From the NCBI GenBank assembly GCA_964106645.2, contig OZ067038.1: a DNA stretch of 64,000 nucleotides, one strand, 5' to 3'. Positions 14,301 to 26,845 of the stretch are shown here, piece after piece. A program made the position numbers and the translations under genes. The stretch's first letter is position 1. Every line of letters starts with the position of its first letter. Source of the DNA: Podarcis pityusensis. Taxonomy: Eukaryota. The notes below the pieces were generated by a model that saw nothing but the letters and a program-made list of their open reading frames with translations, searched no databases and was not told where the DNA came from.

Positions 14301-17300
14301 GCTACAACTTTACACACAACCTAACACACAAACAATATGTCCTTATGGGCAGCACAAAGGCGTTAAATAGATTAAACAGGGGTGAACTGCCATTCTACAA
14401 GGGATAGCTTCTAAAGTATATGAACTCCCTTTTTAAGATCACCCCAAAAGGTTCATACAATGAGTGTGTTCTTGGGGACGGTGGCTGTTGTGTGCATGAT
14501 TAATCGGGTCAAACAATATCCAGTAAGTGCCCTTGTAAATTTGGCAGACACAAATACCCATACAGTAATTGTAGCTGGAAGTAATGCACCAACACCAGGC
14601 ACAAAATCCATATTCCAACATATATAAAAAACATACAAATGTGCATGAAGATGTGAAGAACAAATGGGAAATGTGCATATATGGGATGCATATGCAAACA
14701 TGTGCGCACAGACACACCAGTTGTGCAAGTAAGCTTTTAGTATCACACAGAAAAATACAAACACGGCAGAAAATGGATAAAGTAACCAATAGGTTAAGGC
14801 AGTCAATGTGATTTCCTCCGAATGTTGTTGGACTACGACTTCCAGCATCCCTGACCATTGAGCCATGCTGGCTGAGGCTAATGGGAGCTGGAGGCCAAGG
14901 GCTACCCCTGGGTTAAAGGAAACACAACACAATGGATTTTAACACTTAAGAACAAAACAAAATCCTGTGCCTATATTTTATTATTTATATCCTGCCTTTC
15001 TTCCATTATATTTATATCCTGCCTTTCTTCTATGATGGAACTCAAGGCAACACACACAGTTCCCTGGAAGTCTCCCATCCAGGCATTGCCCAAGCCCAGA
15101 ACTTCTTGGCTTCATCCAAGCTATTGCATCCTGTACCTTCAAAACCACATCCTGAGACAAGGGAAGACTGAAAAAGTTCCAAGGTCAGCTTGCAAGAAGA
15201 AATGGAGTTCTTTAGAAATCAGTCTTGGGACTTATTTTATTCACTACATTTCCCCCCTTTCTTTTTTGTTTGCAACTTGGATTGCAAACAGGAAGAGTGT
15301 GGATTGAATTTTCCAATGAAACCAAGCTGGGAGATGCCTATGAGAGACCACAAGGATTGGACAGTTATGCAAGATGAAACTAGGCAAGCCTATGGATGGG
15401 AGGGAGTAGAAATGTGTTCACAAGCATCCTGATGAAATGCAATGGCTGTGAATGTGGACTGAAGAAAACAAAGTGCCTTTTAACCCCAAGGAGCACGTAA
15501 CTAGTTAACACAAGAGAGCACTGAGGTGCCAAATGTGCACAGGAAAGATAAAAAGAAAAACACACTTCCTGCTTCAGAGCAGGATCTGTTTTTTGCTTCG
15601 AGGCAAATGGCCCTTACCGAGTCTAAGCTGCCGCGGTTGGAGTCCATGCCGTTGCTGTGGGAATTGCGCGAGACCTCCTCCCCATTCAGGGGCTCAGCGG
15701 ACGTGCTGCCAGCCTCTCCGCTGCCATCAAACTCCTCGTGGTCATAGTCAGACTCCACATCTGGAGGCAAGCTGTAAATTGGCTCTTCCGAGTCCCCATT
15801 GTCACTCTGCAGGATTTCCGAGGCTGATTGGTAGATGCTTTCCATAGGCTGCTCCTTCTGGGGGCTTGCAGATCTCTCTGTGGAAAGACACAGAGTGTTG
15901 CCCTCGTCGTTCTCTCCCTTCCTAGGCACTGGCATATTCGGAGAAGCATCTTCCTCGGAGTAATAGTTGTCACTGGTTCTGGTGCTGCTGTCCTGGTTCA
16001 GGAGACTTGGGCTGGGAACTGGTGGTCCCTCTTCATCTGCAGGAAAGCCCTCGTCTTCTTCTTCCTCAGCCAGGGGAGCTACAAGGCTGCATTCAATGTT
16101 GAGGGTCCCTTCGTTGGACAGTGAGTGCTCGAAGCCTTGCACGCTCTCATCCAAATTCCCAAAATCCAGCAGCTCCAGGAACTCCTGCGCGACCCTGGAC
16201 GCCTCCTTCTCCAGCCTCTGGATCTCCTCTTCCCGCTGCCGCTTTATCTCGTTCTTGGTGTTCTCACAGGTGATGTGGTCAGTCTTCTGCTGCCACTGCA
16301 GCTTCTCAATCTCCCTCTCCAGTCGCAGGATCTCTTCCATCTGACGCTGCTCCTCTTCTTGTAAAGGCTGGTCTTCCTCTTGGGTCCTTAGCGCCTCCAT
16401 CTGAAAGAAAGGGTCACCCAAAGGGGCACAGATGACAGACTTTCAAAGATCAGCCTTAATGGAGTCACAGTAACAGATCTGAGAAAGCAGGCGCTTGCAT
16501 GGCGGCCAAGTGGCACTTCCCTCTGCTCCCTGCATGTGCAACATTTCTTCTAATTGTTCTAAGGCATGAGAAGAGCCCTACATCAAGCCAATGGCCCATC
16601 TAATCCAGAATCTTGTTCTCTCAAAAGTGACCAACCAAATGCCCATGTCAAGCCTGCAAGCAGGACCTGAGTGCAATAGCACTCTCTCACTCCTTGTGAT
16701 CCTAGCAACTGGTATTCAGAGGCATACAGCCTCTAACAGTGGCTGGAGATGGGTCTTACTTAAAAAAAACCAACCTGTTTGATGAGGTACTCATGGGACA
16801 AAAGAACTAAGCATCTGTACTGTACACCATGGGAAGCAAAGGCTCTCACAGGCACTTCCAACTCGCTTAAAAGGCTATGGTCTATCTCCAAGCCAAGCCA
16901 AGTGACAATAGGCTGGATTCAAATGTGCCTTGGATGGAAGTGTCTTTGATCCACCAGAAGATCTCATTAATGAACAGGGGTCAGTGGGGAAGTCTTTTGC
17001 TGATTCCACCTCTCAGCTGCAGTCCCCTCACCATTTTGAAAAAAGGGGCCATTGAGCCTGTGTCTGGTTCAAGGGGGAAAATTCCACTGGCACCAATGCA
17101 AGCTTTCATTCAGAGACGAATAGCAGCTGCCCCCCCCCATATTTTTCAATGGGACTGTGGCACAAAAGAAAGAGGTAAACCCGCCGTCCCACATGCCACA
17201 TTGATAACCCTGATCAGGATTCCACAGCAGCTGACATTTACACATTCCACTATATTTGTACAACTATGGGTTGTATCCGGTGTTTGCAGAATGCAGTTCT

Positions 17301-20300
17301 GTTTATTACAGTACTTTGAAACTGTCCTCAATCTAGATGACACTGTACCGCCGTTCCTAGGATCAAGCTACATGTAACACTCAACATCTAGGGACATATC
17401 CAACACTTTTCTTCTGCTCATGCAACAAACCTCTGCTTGTGTAATTGGACTTCCCCATCTGCTCCTTGCACACCCCCAAAATCTGCTCCAGAGGGTCCCC
17501 CAACCTTCTGAAGAAGATTTTGAGGATGTGCGATGAGCTTCAAGGAAGAGGAGAGGAGAGGGAAGTTCTGTTGTGCAAGTTGATGCCTGTTGGCATACAA
17601 CCCTAGGTGTTTATATTACTTTATAGGAGTGGAGCGTCATCTAGACTGAGGACAGAGTCACCGTAACAGCATAGCACTGCATTCTGCAAACAGTACCTTG
17701 GATTAGCTTGTAAAGAGGGAAAGGTCAAGCAACAAAGATCACCAGCATGTCTTCGTATTCTGCTTAGTATTCTGAAATGAGAGGCATATGATGGGAGTCA
17801 TAATGGAACACACCTGAGCCATCTGCAGCGCTGCTTCAAGCTGCTCTTTTTCTCTGTTCAAAAACAAAGAACAAACTCATCAATAAAATCTACAGTCCAG
17901 CTTGCCATGAAAATTTGCTGAAATCAATGAAGTTTTAAATAACACTGCTGCCTCAGTCATTTGCATTCAGATCAAAAATTTTGTGAGCTGTAACAAAGCC
18001 TTTAAAGTTAAACCAAGGGAAATTATTATATTAATGAAAGGCTTGGGTTTTCAGAAGGCTGGTTGGGGTTTGTTTGTTTTTTTGGTAAGGCTTCAGAACA
18101 GATGCTGACTGCTATTGAACACATATGGAACAACAATTCACACTGCAGAATGCATGTGGAGGGAAATGGAGGCTGCCTTACAGTGGATAAAAAATGTCAT
18201 ATGAACATACTCTTTAGTCAGAAGGTCGACGGTTTGAATCCCTGCGATGGGGTGAGCTCCCATTGCTCGGTCCCTGCTCCTGCCAACCTAGCAGTTCAAA
18301 AGCACATCAAAGTGCAAGTAGATAAATAGGTACTGCTCTGGTGGGAAGGAAAACGGCATTTCCGTGCGCTGCTCTGGTTCGCCCGAAGCAGCTTAGTCAT
18401 GCTGGCTACATGACCCGGAAGCTGTACGACGGCTCTCAGCCAGTAAAGCGAGATGAGAGCTGCAACCCCAGAGTCGGCCGTGACTGGACCTAACGGTCAG
18501 GGATCCCTTTACCTTTAAAGTAGCTGAAGGCACCCTCTTCCCATAGGACAGCCAGATTATCTCAGGCTTGGTTTAATTTGAGGTGTGCAGCTGTGTCAAG
18601 ACTTCCCCAGCTCTCCCCTCTTGTGACTGAGGAACAAGCTAAGAAACTGGACAGAGTGGAATGGAGGCAAGGTCACACTGAAGACTCCTGATTGACCACA
18701 AAGCCAAGAAAAGGGAATTGGAGGCTGGACTTCTAGAATAAATAAATAATGTGGGATCCGAAACTGTGTTTTTAAAGAAAAGTATTATGCAATAGTTTCC
18801 CTCAAGAAGAAGCCTTCTAAAAATACACAACTTCCTAAAGTCACATATCATTTTCCAAGGGTAAAAGTAATAACTTGGCTGGTAATCATCACTTCATTAT
18901 TATTAGAGCTGTTGACTGTGGTAACATATATGGAACAGTGTTAGGCGCATACACAATTAAAAAAAACCAATACCTATATAATGTATTTTTTAAAAAGCTC
19001 ACTGCAAATGGGTGTATGTCAAGGACAGAGAAACTGTACACATTATTATTAATAATAAATTAAATTTCTGTAGCAATTGATCAATCAATATTCCCTGGGT
19101 GACCTACAAACAAGAAAATATTAAAAACATGGTACTGATGTTTTAATGAGGTGGTTTTTCCCACAAGGTTATATTGACATGCTACTGCTGCTGTGTTATT
19201 TTATTGTTGTGCTACTTGGAGGTTTTGTCTTCAAATAAAAAGTAGTTTAGAAACCATACACCCTTATTTGTTTATTTCATAAAATTTATGTTTATAGAAA
19301 GTAGGATCATAGTGTTAGAAGGGAGCAGTTACTACCACTGCATTGCAACCTGTGGCGCTCACCCTTGTAGTCCTGAACCAGCCACCTGCAATGATGTCCT
19401 GCGACAACCTCACAGCCTAGCGCTTAGTCGTCCTTTCAGCCCAGAGACTAAAAGACATGCCCAGGTGCGCTGCTTTGGGGCTTCCAAATTCTGCAGAGTC
19501 CAGATATTCAGGAAGCTTCAGACCACCTTGGCCTACCTGGCTCACAGGGACCAGCACTTGACCAGAGCAAGTTGTGCAACCTCCATAGCTAGTCTCTTGT
19601 GCTGAGTATAGGAGTGCCCAAAAGGAAAAAGTCCCAGTCCAGATGAGCCCTATCATTAGCACTGAGTGTTCTACAATTCTCACTAAGCATGGAATTTAGT
19701 ATCAGCTTGCAGCTATAAAGGAGTGAGGTTGGGCTCAAAAAAGAATGCAGGAAGTAACTGGGGAAATCTGCAAAGGCAGAGAGGATGTTGGGTAATGTTT
19801 CCAATGGTCAGGAGGCGGGGCTTCAGGGCCATGCATGGCTCCTCCCCTACTAGAAACATATATATGCAGACTTACTTCCCATAATTCATTTTTTAAAAGG
19901 TCACCAAATTCAAGTCTGTCTGAGCACAATTTGGCTCACCTGGATACAGAAGTTTGGTGCTGTGTTGCTGCTCTTTTAAAGAGGTGAATATACAAAACTC
20001 TGCCTATCAGGAGCAACACATCAAAGGCAGAGTCCTGTTTGGACTGTTCCGCTTCAGGCTACAGGGGGCTGATCAAATGGCAAGGGGGTGAAAAATACCC
20101 CACAGTCCTCCACATAGGAAACTAAAGCACCAGAGGTAGGTAAACCAAAATCCTTATCCCCGACACCTGATTTTCTATACGCAGGGAATCCTTTACATGG
20201 AGGAACATTAAATCATGTACATCCCTCTCACTCCTGCAGTCTGAAGTGGTACAGTCCTGGCACAGGTCTGCCTCTTCAGTTGCAATTTTGTGAAAGCTGG

Positions 20301-21151
20301 GCCAGGGAGACAGAACCAAGACTGCCTGGTACCTTTTCTTCTCCTCTTCCTCCTCCTGCTTCCTCCTACGCTCCCTCTCTTCTTGCCATTGTCTTTCCTC
20401 TTCCTCCTTTCTAATCCGCTCTTCCTCTCGACGCCTCTGCTCCTCAGCTTCCCGTTTCCGCTGCTGTTCCTCCTCTAGCAGGTGCCGGTAGAGGCTGCGA
20501 GCCAGCTGCCCACGCCAGTGCTTCTGCAGGACAATGGCAGAGGCCTTCAGGCGCAGAAGGGATTTCTTCCAGAAGTGAGCACGGTAGTTCTTTTGGATAG
20601 TCACGACACTGGCTAGCACCCTTCGATACCTCTTCCTGAGTCAACGAAAGCAAGGTGGGGGTTACTGTCAATCAACAGCCATTGCTCACTAGGTTCTCCT
20701 CAGCATCTGCCTCAGAAACCATCTGACCCAGGGGTACCAAGATGCCAGATTCAATGAATCAGCACAACCACAGCCGCTTTCTCCAAAAAACATTTCCCCA
20801 GGAAGCCACTCCTTCCATGATTTCCTTTCTCCTCCATCTGTCACCCATCTGGTTTCTGGAGAATGCTTTAGGCATCTCCCTCTTGGGGCCACTCATTTCC
20901 TGTTTCTACACCAGCTCTGTCTTTGCTAAGCACTTTGAGTGGTGTAATGGCAAGGAACCTCCCAACCCAAGGCAAAATGGCAGATTCCCCCATCCCTCCA
21001 AACAATAAAGGGATGGTTCCTGTCATGACCTCCTCCCAGCATATCAGTCTTTTTTCCAGATGCTCCCACATAGACAGCCATGCACTGCTAAAACAGAGGA
21101 ATGGGTAGTTTTTACACACCCACACCCACATATGGAAGCTAAGGTCCCCGT

Positions 21152-21204
<53 letters not shown>

Positions 21205-24200
21205 GGGGAATGCCTTTAATTAGTAATGAGACTGTGCACTCTGTACATGTTCAGAATCTCCCTTCTCTGTAGTTAATCTGCAGGCGTAGAAAAAACTCAA
21301 ATTCTAAGTCCTAACATTCCTGGCCTGAATTGAGGGTCTGCTTCTTTTATTAGTGCAATTAAGGCCAGTCCACATGAATCCAATATGGATTATATGCTTT
21401 TCTTTTTCTTTTTGAGGACCAATATGAAAAACTAGTATATTATTTCTGTGGAACAGAAGCATTATCTAGGAAATATACTTACAAGAGTCAGGCAGTTGCT
21501 ATGTTTGACACTCCATGTGGCACTATGAGGTGTCTCCTGCTAAAGAACAGGGAATGTGTGTGCTCTGCAAGCCTGTGGCTGCACTGCACAAGAATTGAAA
21601 TGGATATTGACACTGAGTTCAGCATCCTGAGAATCAAAGCTTAAATTAAAACTTATTTTTTAAAATACCCAAACAAACAAGTTTCTCACATGCTTAAAGC
21701 TGTTAAGATCCATAATCTGTGTGCAAATCCTGGTGAAACCTCAAGGTCTAACAAGATACACCAGGAGACTCATCCAGAATCTGTGGGGAATGGAAGGGGA
21801 CAATTGCATGCAAAGGAATGTAAAATGGAAGGAGCCTCCCTGCTCATGCGGTTCCCCAGTATTCCACCCACCCACCCACCCACCCACCCCTGTCCTTTTC
21901 TCCCACCTGAGCTCTGATACAGAAGCCCTGCCAGGAGAAAAGTGGTCGAGAGGCATTTTCAGCAGGGAAAGCATGTTCATCACCCCTTCCAGCGCACTGC
22001 TTGTTTGCTTCAAAACTGTTCTGCCGGTTCTGCAGAATCAATCGTCTAGCACAGTTTGTGCTGCCATCATATCCTCTTAGGCTTCAGAAGCCGGCATGGT
22101 GACAGAACAAGGTTTCCAGTGATTGGGGGGGGGGGGTTAGGAATCCAGTAAGATTCCTATGGCCTAAGACAGGAGATCCAAATAGCACCCACTCCCCAAT
22201 GGCAAGCTAAATTATAATAATTATAATAAACAAAACAACGGCCAATTTGCTGCATGCCAGTGACACACCTTGCCTGATGGTAGGGCTAGTCCTGTTCCAG
22301 TGTCCTGCATGGCTCTTGCTCTTTTATACAACTAACAGAAAGTAACAGGTTGTGCAAAATAAAACAATCTGTACGCAAAGGTTCTTAGTTTGCAGAATTC
22401 CAGAAGGTTATTTTGGTGCAGAATTCTGGTGACAGCAGCACTGGCAGTGGCAACAATGCCATTAGCAACAATATCCCAGTTCATATGCAATGGCCTGGAC
22501 CTGGGCCTAGCTCATGATTATACCCTCAAAATGCAGATGGTTTTCACAGCCTGGGAAATCCATGTCTGCAGCTGGAGTCCAGCCAAGTCTTGCTGTAGGC
22601 AGCAGATGCAGCTTTGACTTCCTTGCCTGAAGAACGGAGCCTGCCTCCCCCTTGGATAGTATTGGAGGGGGGGAGACTAGGCAGATTGCCCTTATTCTGT
22701 TCACCAATCAACATTCTAGTTTGGTAGGCCCAAATCTAAACTACACCAAGGGCTTTGTGAACTTTGCATTTTGTTTTATTTTAAGGAAAGGTAGATGCCA
22801 GTTTTATGTGCATATTTTATTATGTAAATTTGCATAGGCAGTATTTCCTATGCAATATTTAGTCTTTTTCAGATAGTTACAGGAAAGAGAAAAAAGCACA
22901 TGGAGCCCCTCCCTCCCCCCCACCTCCTAGCAGTTCAGCTCAGCTCCCACCCTCCACTTTCCCTAGCCAATGGCGTTTGAGATGTCACCAGGGGCTGCTC
23001 ACACATTTTCAGGCCTCTTTGCAACCTTAAAGGCTAGAAACTTTTTAAAAAATGAAGCTGAATTGCCAGGGTGCTGAATTCCTCGTCTAGTAGCAACCCC
23101 TGCGCTGTTAATGGCACGATCCTGGAATACAGGCAGCCCATGCAATAATTCCTCAAAGCAACACCAGTGTCCTTGCGGAGCACAGGTGACTGTCCGAATG
23201 GGCACACATAGCAATTTGCCAGAACAAGACAACAACAATTAACAGCAAGATGAAAAGGCAGAGACAGATAGATGGTGGGGATGCAGAGCCAGCCAGTTTA
23301 CAGCTACCCCCACCCAGAAGAGCCCACCAGGGAAGCGGAATCTGGAGAGGGGGGCTATAAGTGAGGAAGACTGGCCTGGGTCTGGCAAATAAAGACAGAG
23401 ATTGGGCTGAGGGTCTTCAGTGCGGAGCAAGAGAGGGGGAGCTGGGGAGTTTCTCTGCAGGGTAGCTTCACAGGGGGATTACAGATGCAACAGGAAAGGG
23501 GCAGGGGACAGAGACCCGGGCAAGTAAGCAACTTCACAGTCAGTGGCCTGCATTTGGGAATGCATGGGGATTTCAAGAGGGAGCAGAGAAGGGGGAAAGC
23601 AGTGGAAGCCCTGCCAGAAGCAGCAAGCTGGAAAGGAGAGAGACCTGGCAGCAAGGAGCATTCCAGCAGCTGGGCAAAGAAGGCGATTCAAGCACTGACC
23701 TTGCCATGTAGCCCAGGACGTGGGCTCGGATGATGGTTGCCGCCTTCCTCAGCTCCTCTTCCCGGGCCTTCTCCAGTTTTTGCTCCAGAGCCTCCTTCAG
23801 GAAAACCTGGTACCCCGGGGAGGAGTTTCATCAAACACAAAGAGAGGAAACAGCAAGTCCCAGGCAGCACCAGCAGGTCCCATGCCTGCCTGCCTGCCTG
23901 CCTGCCTGCCGTAACAAGGCACACAGGGCTCCTTTTATGCTCCTGCGCCAGAGCCAGTCCCTGCTCTGCCAGCCCTTCCCCTTTGGGTGCTGTCGCTGAT
24001 GGACAAGGGAGAAAGTTGTGCAGGGAGAGGAGCCAAACTCAGCCCAGCCCCCGCACACACTCTCTCTCTCTCTCTTCCACACTGCAGGCTCAAGGATTAA
24101 GGGGGAGAGAAAAAGGGGGGAGGAGGCTGCACTGCTTTTAACTATTAACCCTTTCTTTGGCTCAGTGACATCTTTTAAGGCTATCTGGGCCTGCTGCTCG

Positions 24201-26802
24201 AGTCCTGCTAATGAGGCTCTGGGTATGTGTGTCAACATTCCAGGCGCTGCATGCAAAATGCAGAAGAAAAACTGGCCAAACTATGACAAGATACCCATTC
24301 CAAGAAAAGAAGCTGGGGGGGCACCGCGGGGGGTGGGGTGAGGAGGGAGAGGAAGAATCTTTCCAAATATCATTTCCTGCACTGCAGATAATCCACACAT
24401 ATTTTCTCCCTGGCTGCTTCTTTGCATCACTGCCTCAGTGCCAGCCTGTCTCCAAGCTGTTTTGCTGGCTGGAAGATTCCTTCTCACTTTCATTGCCTTC
24501 TCTGCAATCAAACCTTCCCAAGAGGTGTGGCTCACCCTGAATGCACAGAAGAACAAGTGGTCATTCTGCTTTTGCTTTTTTATTAAAAGACACACCTGGG
24601 TGCTATTCCTGAAACCAGGAGGCATGAAGCCTGCTTTCAGAACAGGCTACACTTGTGGCTCTGGTGGGTGATGCATGACCGCACACGGGTCAGGGAAACT
24701 GCATCAATCTCATTAGATATTTCAGCAGCCCCATGATGAGGTCTTGGAATGCCAACAGTGGGGTCTGGAAAACATCCATGGGCCTGGTCTGTTACTCATT
24801 CCTGTCTGGGAGGTTCCAGAAGGATGGAAGGTTAGGCCTGGTCCACCTGTGTGGCTGTCGGTGGACCAAAATCATTGGTACTCCAATTAATAATAATAAT
24901 AATAATAATAATAATTATTATTATTATTATTTATTATTTGTACCCCGCCCATCTGGCTGGGTTTCCCCAGCCACTCTGGGCGGCTTCCATAGAAACCAAA
25001 AATACAGTAAAATATCACAGATTAAAAACTTCCCTGAACAGGGCTGCCTTAAGATGTCTTCTAAACATCAGGTAGTTATTTATTGCTTTGACATCTGATG
25101 TCAAATAAAGTGACACACAATCCAAAAGGTGACTCCGAGGATGCATTGTAACGCTGCAAAGACTCTGGGCCACAATCCCTGGGTTATGTGGCACAGATAT
25201 TTGGGATAGCAAATGCCTTTGGTATTTTGAGTGCAGCATTCTTCTGGAGGACTTGAGTGGTTGAAGATTGCATTAACATCCCCAAGGAAATCTGTTTTCA
25301 TCAACTGCATTCATGGCTAGCCTCCCACATTTGCCTGAGGTGAAGGCAATGCAACCAAAGGCTTAGGCTGCCAATGCATTAAAGTCTCCTTTCTGCACTG
25401 AAGTTCTAAATCAGGAGTACAAAAAGCTCTTGATCACATGAATATTTGCAGAGAAAGCTATATGGAGGGCAAGGGGATCATCAGCATGTGGGTGCTGTGT
25501 GGCTTAGGGGATGTGAATGAGCAGCCCGCAAGGGGGGGGGGGCAGGGGAGACCATTTGGACGCAACCTGTGCAGACATGCACACTTATAAAGCCCCAAGT
25601 GTTGGACACATGGCCTTGCTCAAAATTGGTAGAGCAGCATTTGCAGAAATCAAATAGAAATCACAGGTGCCTTTCAGAACTCCCTAGCTTGAGGCAGGAA
25701 GCTGGAGGCTTGCGGAAACTGGTGTGAAGGGCAAAGCTGGCAAGGAAAAAGTATAGCACAGTGCCTCTCTGCCTAGTTGTCCCCTGCCCAAACTTGTGCT
25801 ACAAGAATCCAAACAAAGTCCAGACTGCCACAGTGGACAATCAGCAGCTGCTCCCCTCTGTCCCTAATGAGAAACACAAAGACCATCCTGCTTTCCCCTT
25901 CCTTTCCTGTGCTCTACAATTCCTTATACTAGCCCTTTTCCTTCCTCCACCAAACAATTGCTCAGTATAGAAATCCCCCCCTTGAAATATACTGCACAGG
26001 AAGCACTTCCCACTCCTTCCCCCATCCTGCCCAGCACATGTGCAAGCCCACGCAGGGACTCCTCAAGCCTCGCCTGCCCAGGTTGCTCATAAAGCCCCCA
26101 GCAACACCCTGGAGGAACAGAACAGGCCAAAGAGGATCACTGGGCAGGGACATGTCGCTAACCCTCAACCTCGGCCTCACCTCCAGAGACAAAGAGGGGC
26201 CCTATGCTTCAACGCAGAGGCAGGGCCTCTTGACAGGCACAAAGGGACTGGGCTCACAAGGCAAACTCATGACTCTTTTAAGACCTATTTGTTTTCTAGG
26301 CAGCAAAGGAAAGGAGAGCTGTGGCTGTGCGGTGGGGCGTATGCTTTGCATGCAAGAAGGTTCCAGATCCAGTCCCTGGCATCTCCAGACAGGGCTGGAA
26401 AACACTGGAGGAGTCACTGTAGGTCAGCGTGAACAGTACTAAGCTAGGTGGACCAAGGTGCTTGACTCAATAGAAACACAACTTCCCACGCTCCTAATTG
26501 CCAGCAATAGCTACAGATGCTGCACCACTATAGAGCAAGAGTTTTAAGTGATCAGAACTGGAAAGTCTGCTCTGCCTAGGGCTAGGATTGCCAACATTTT
26601 TGCTCACTCTGCTCCTGTGCATGTAACAGCAGATTGAGACACCACTTAGCCAGGAAAAGCTGACTTTCAGAAGACATCTGAAGGCAGCCCTGTTTAGGGA
26701 AGTTCTTAATGTTTGATGTTTTATCGTGTTTTTAATATTCCATTGGAAGCCACCAAGAGTGGCTGGGGAAACCCAGCCAGATGGGCAGGGTATAAATAAA
26801 TA

Positions 26803-26845
<43 letters not shown>

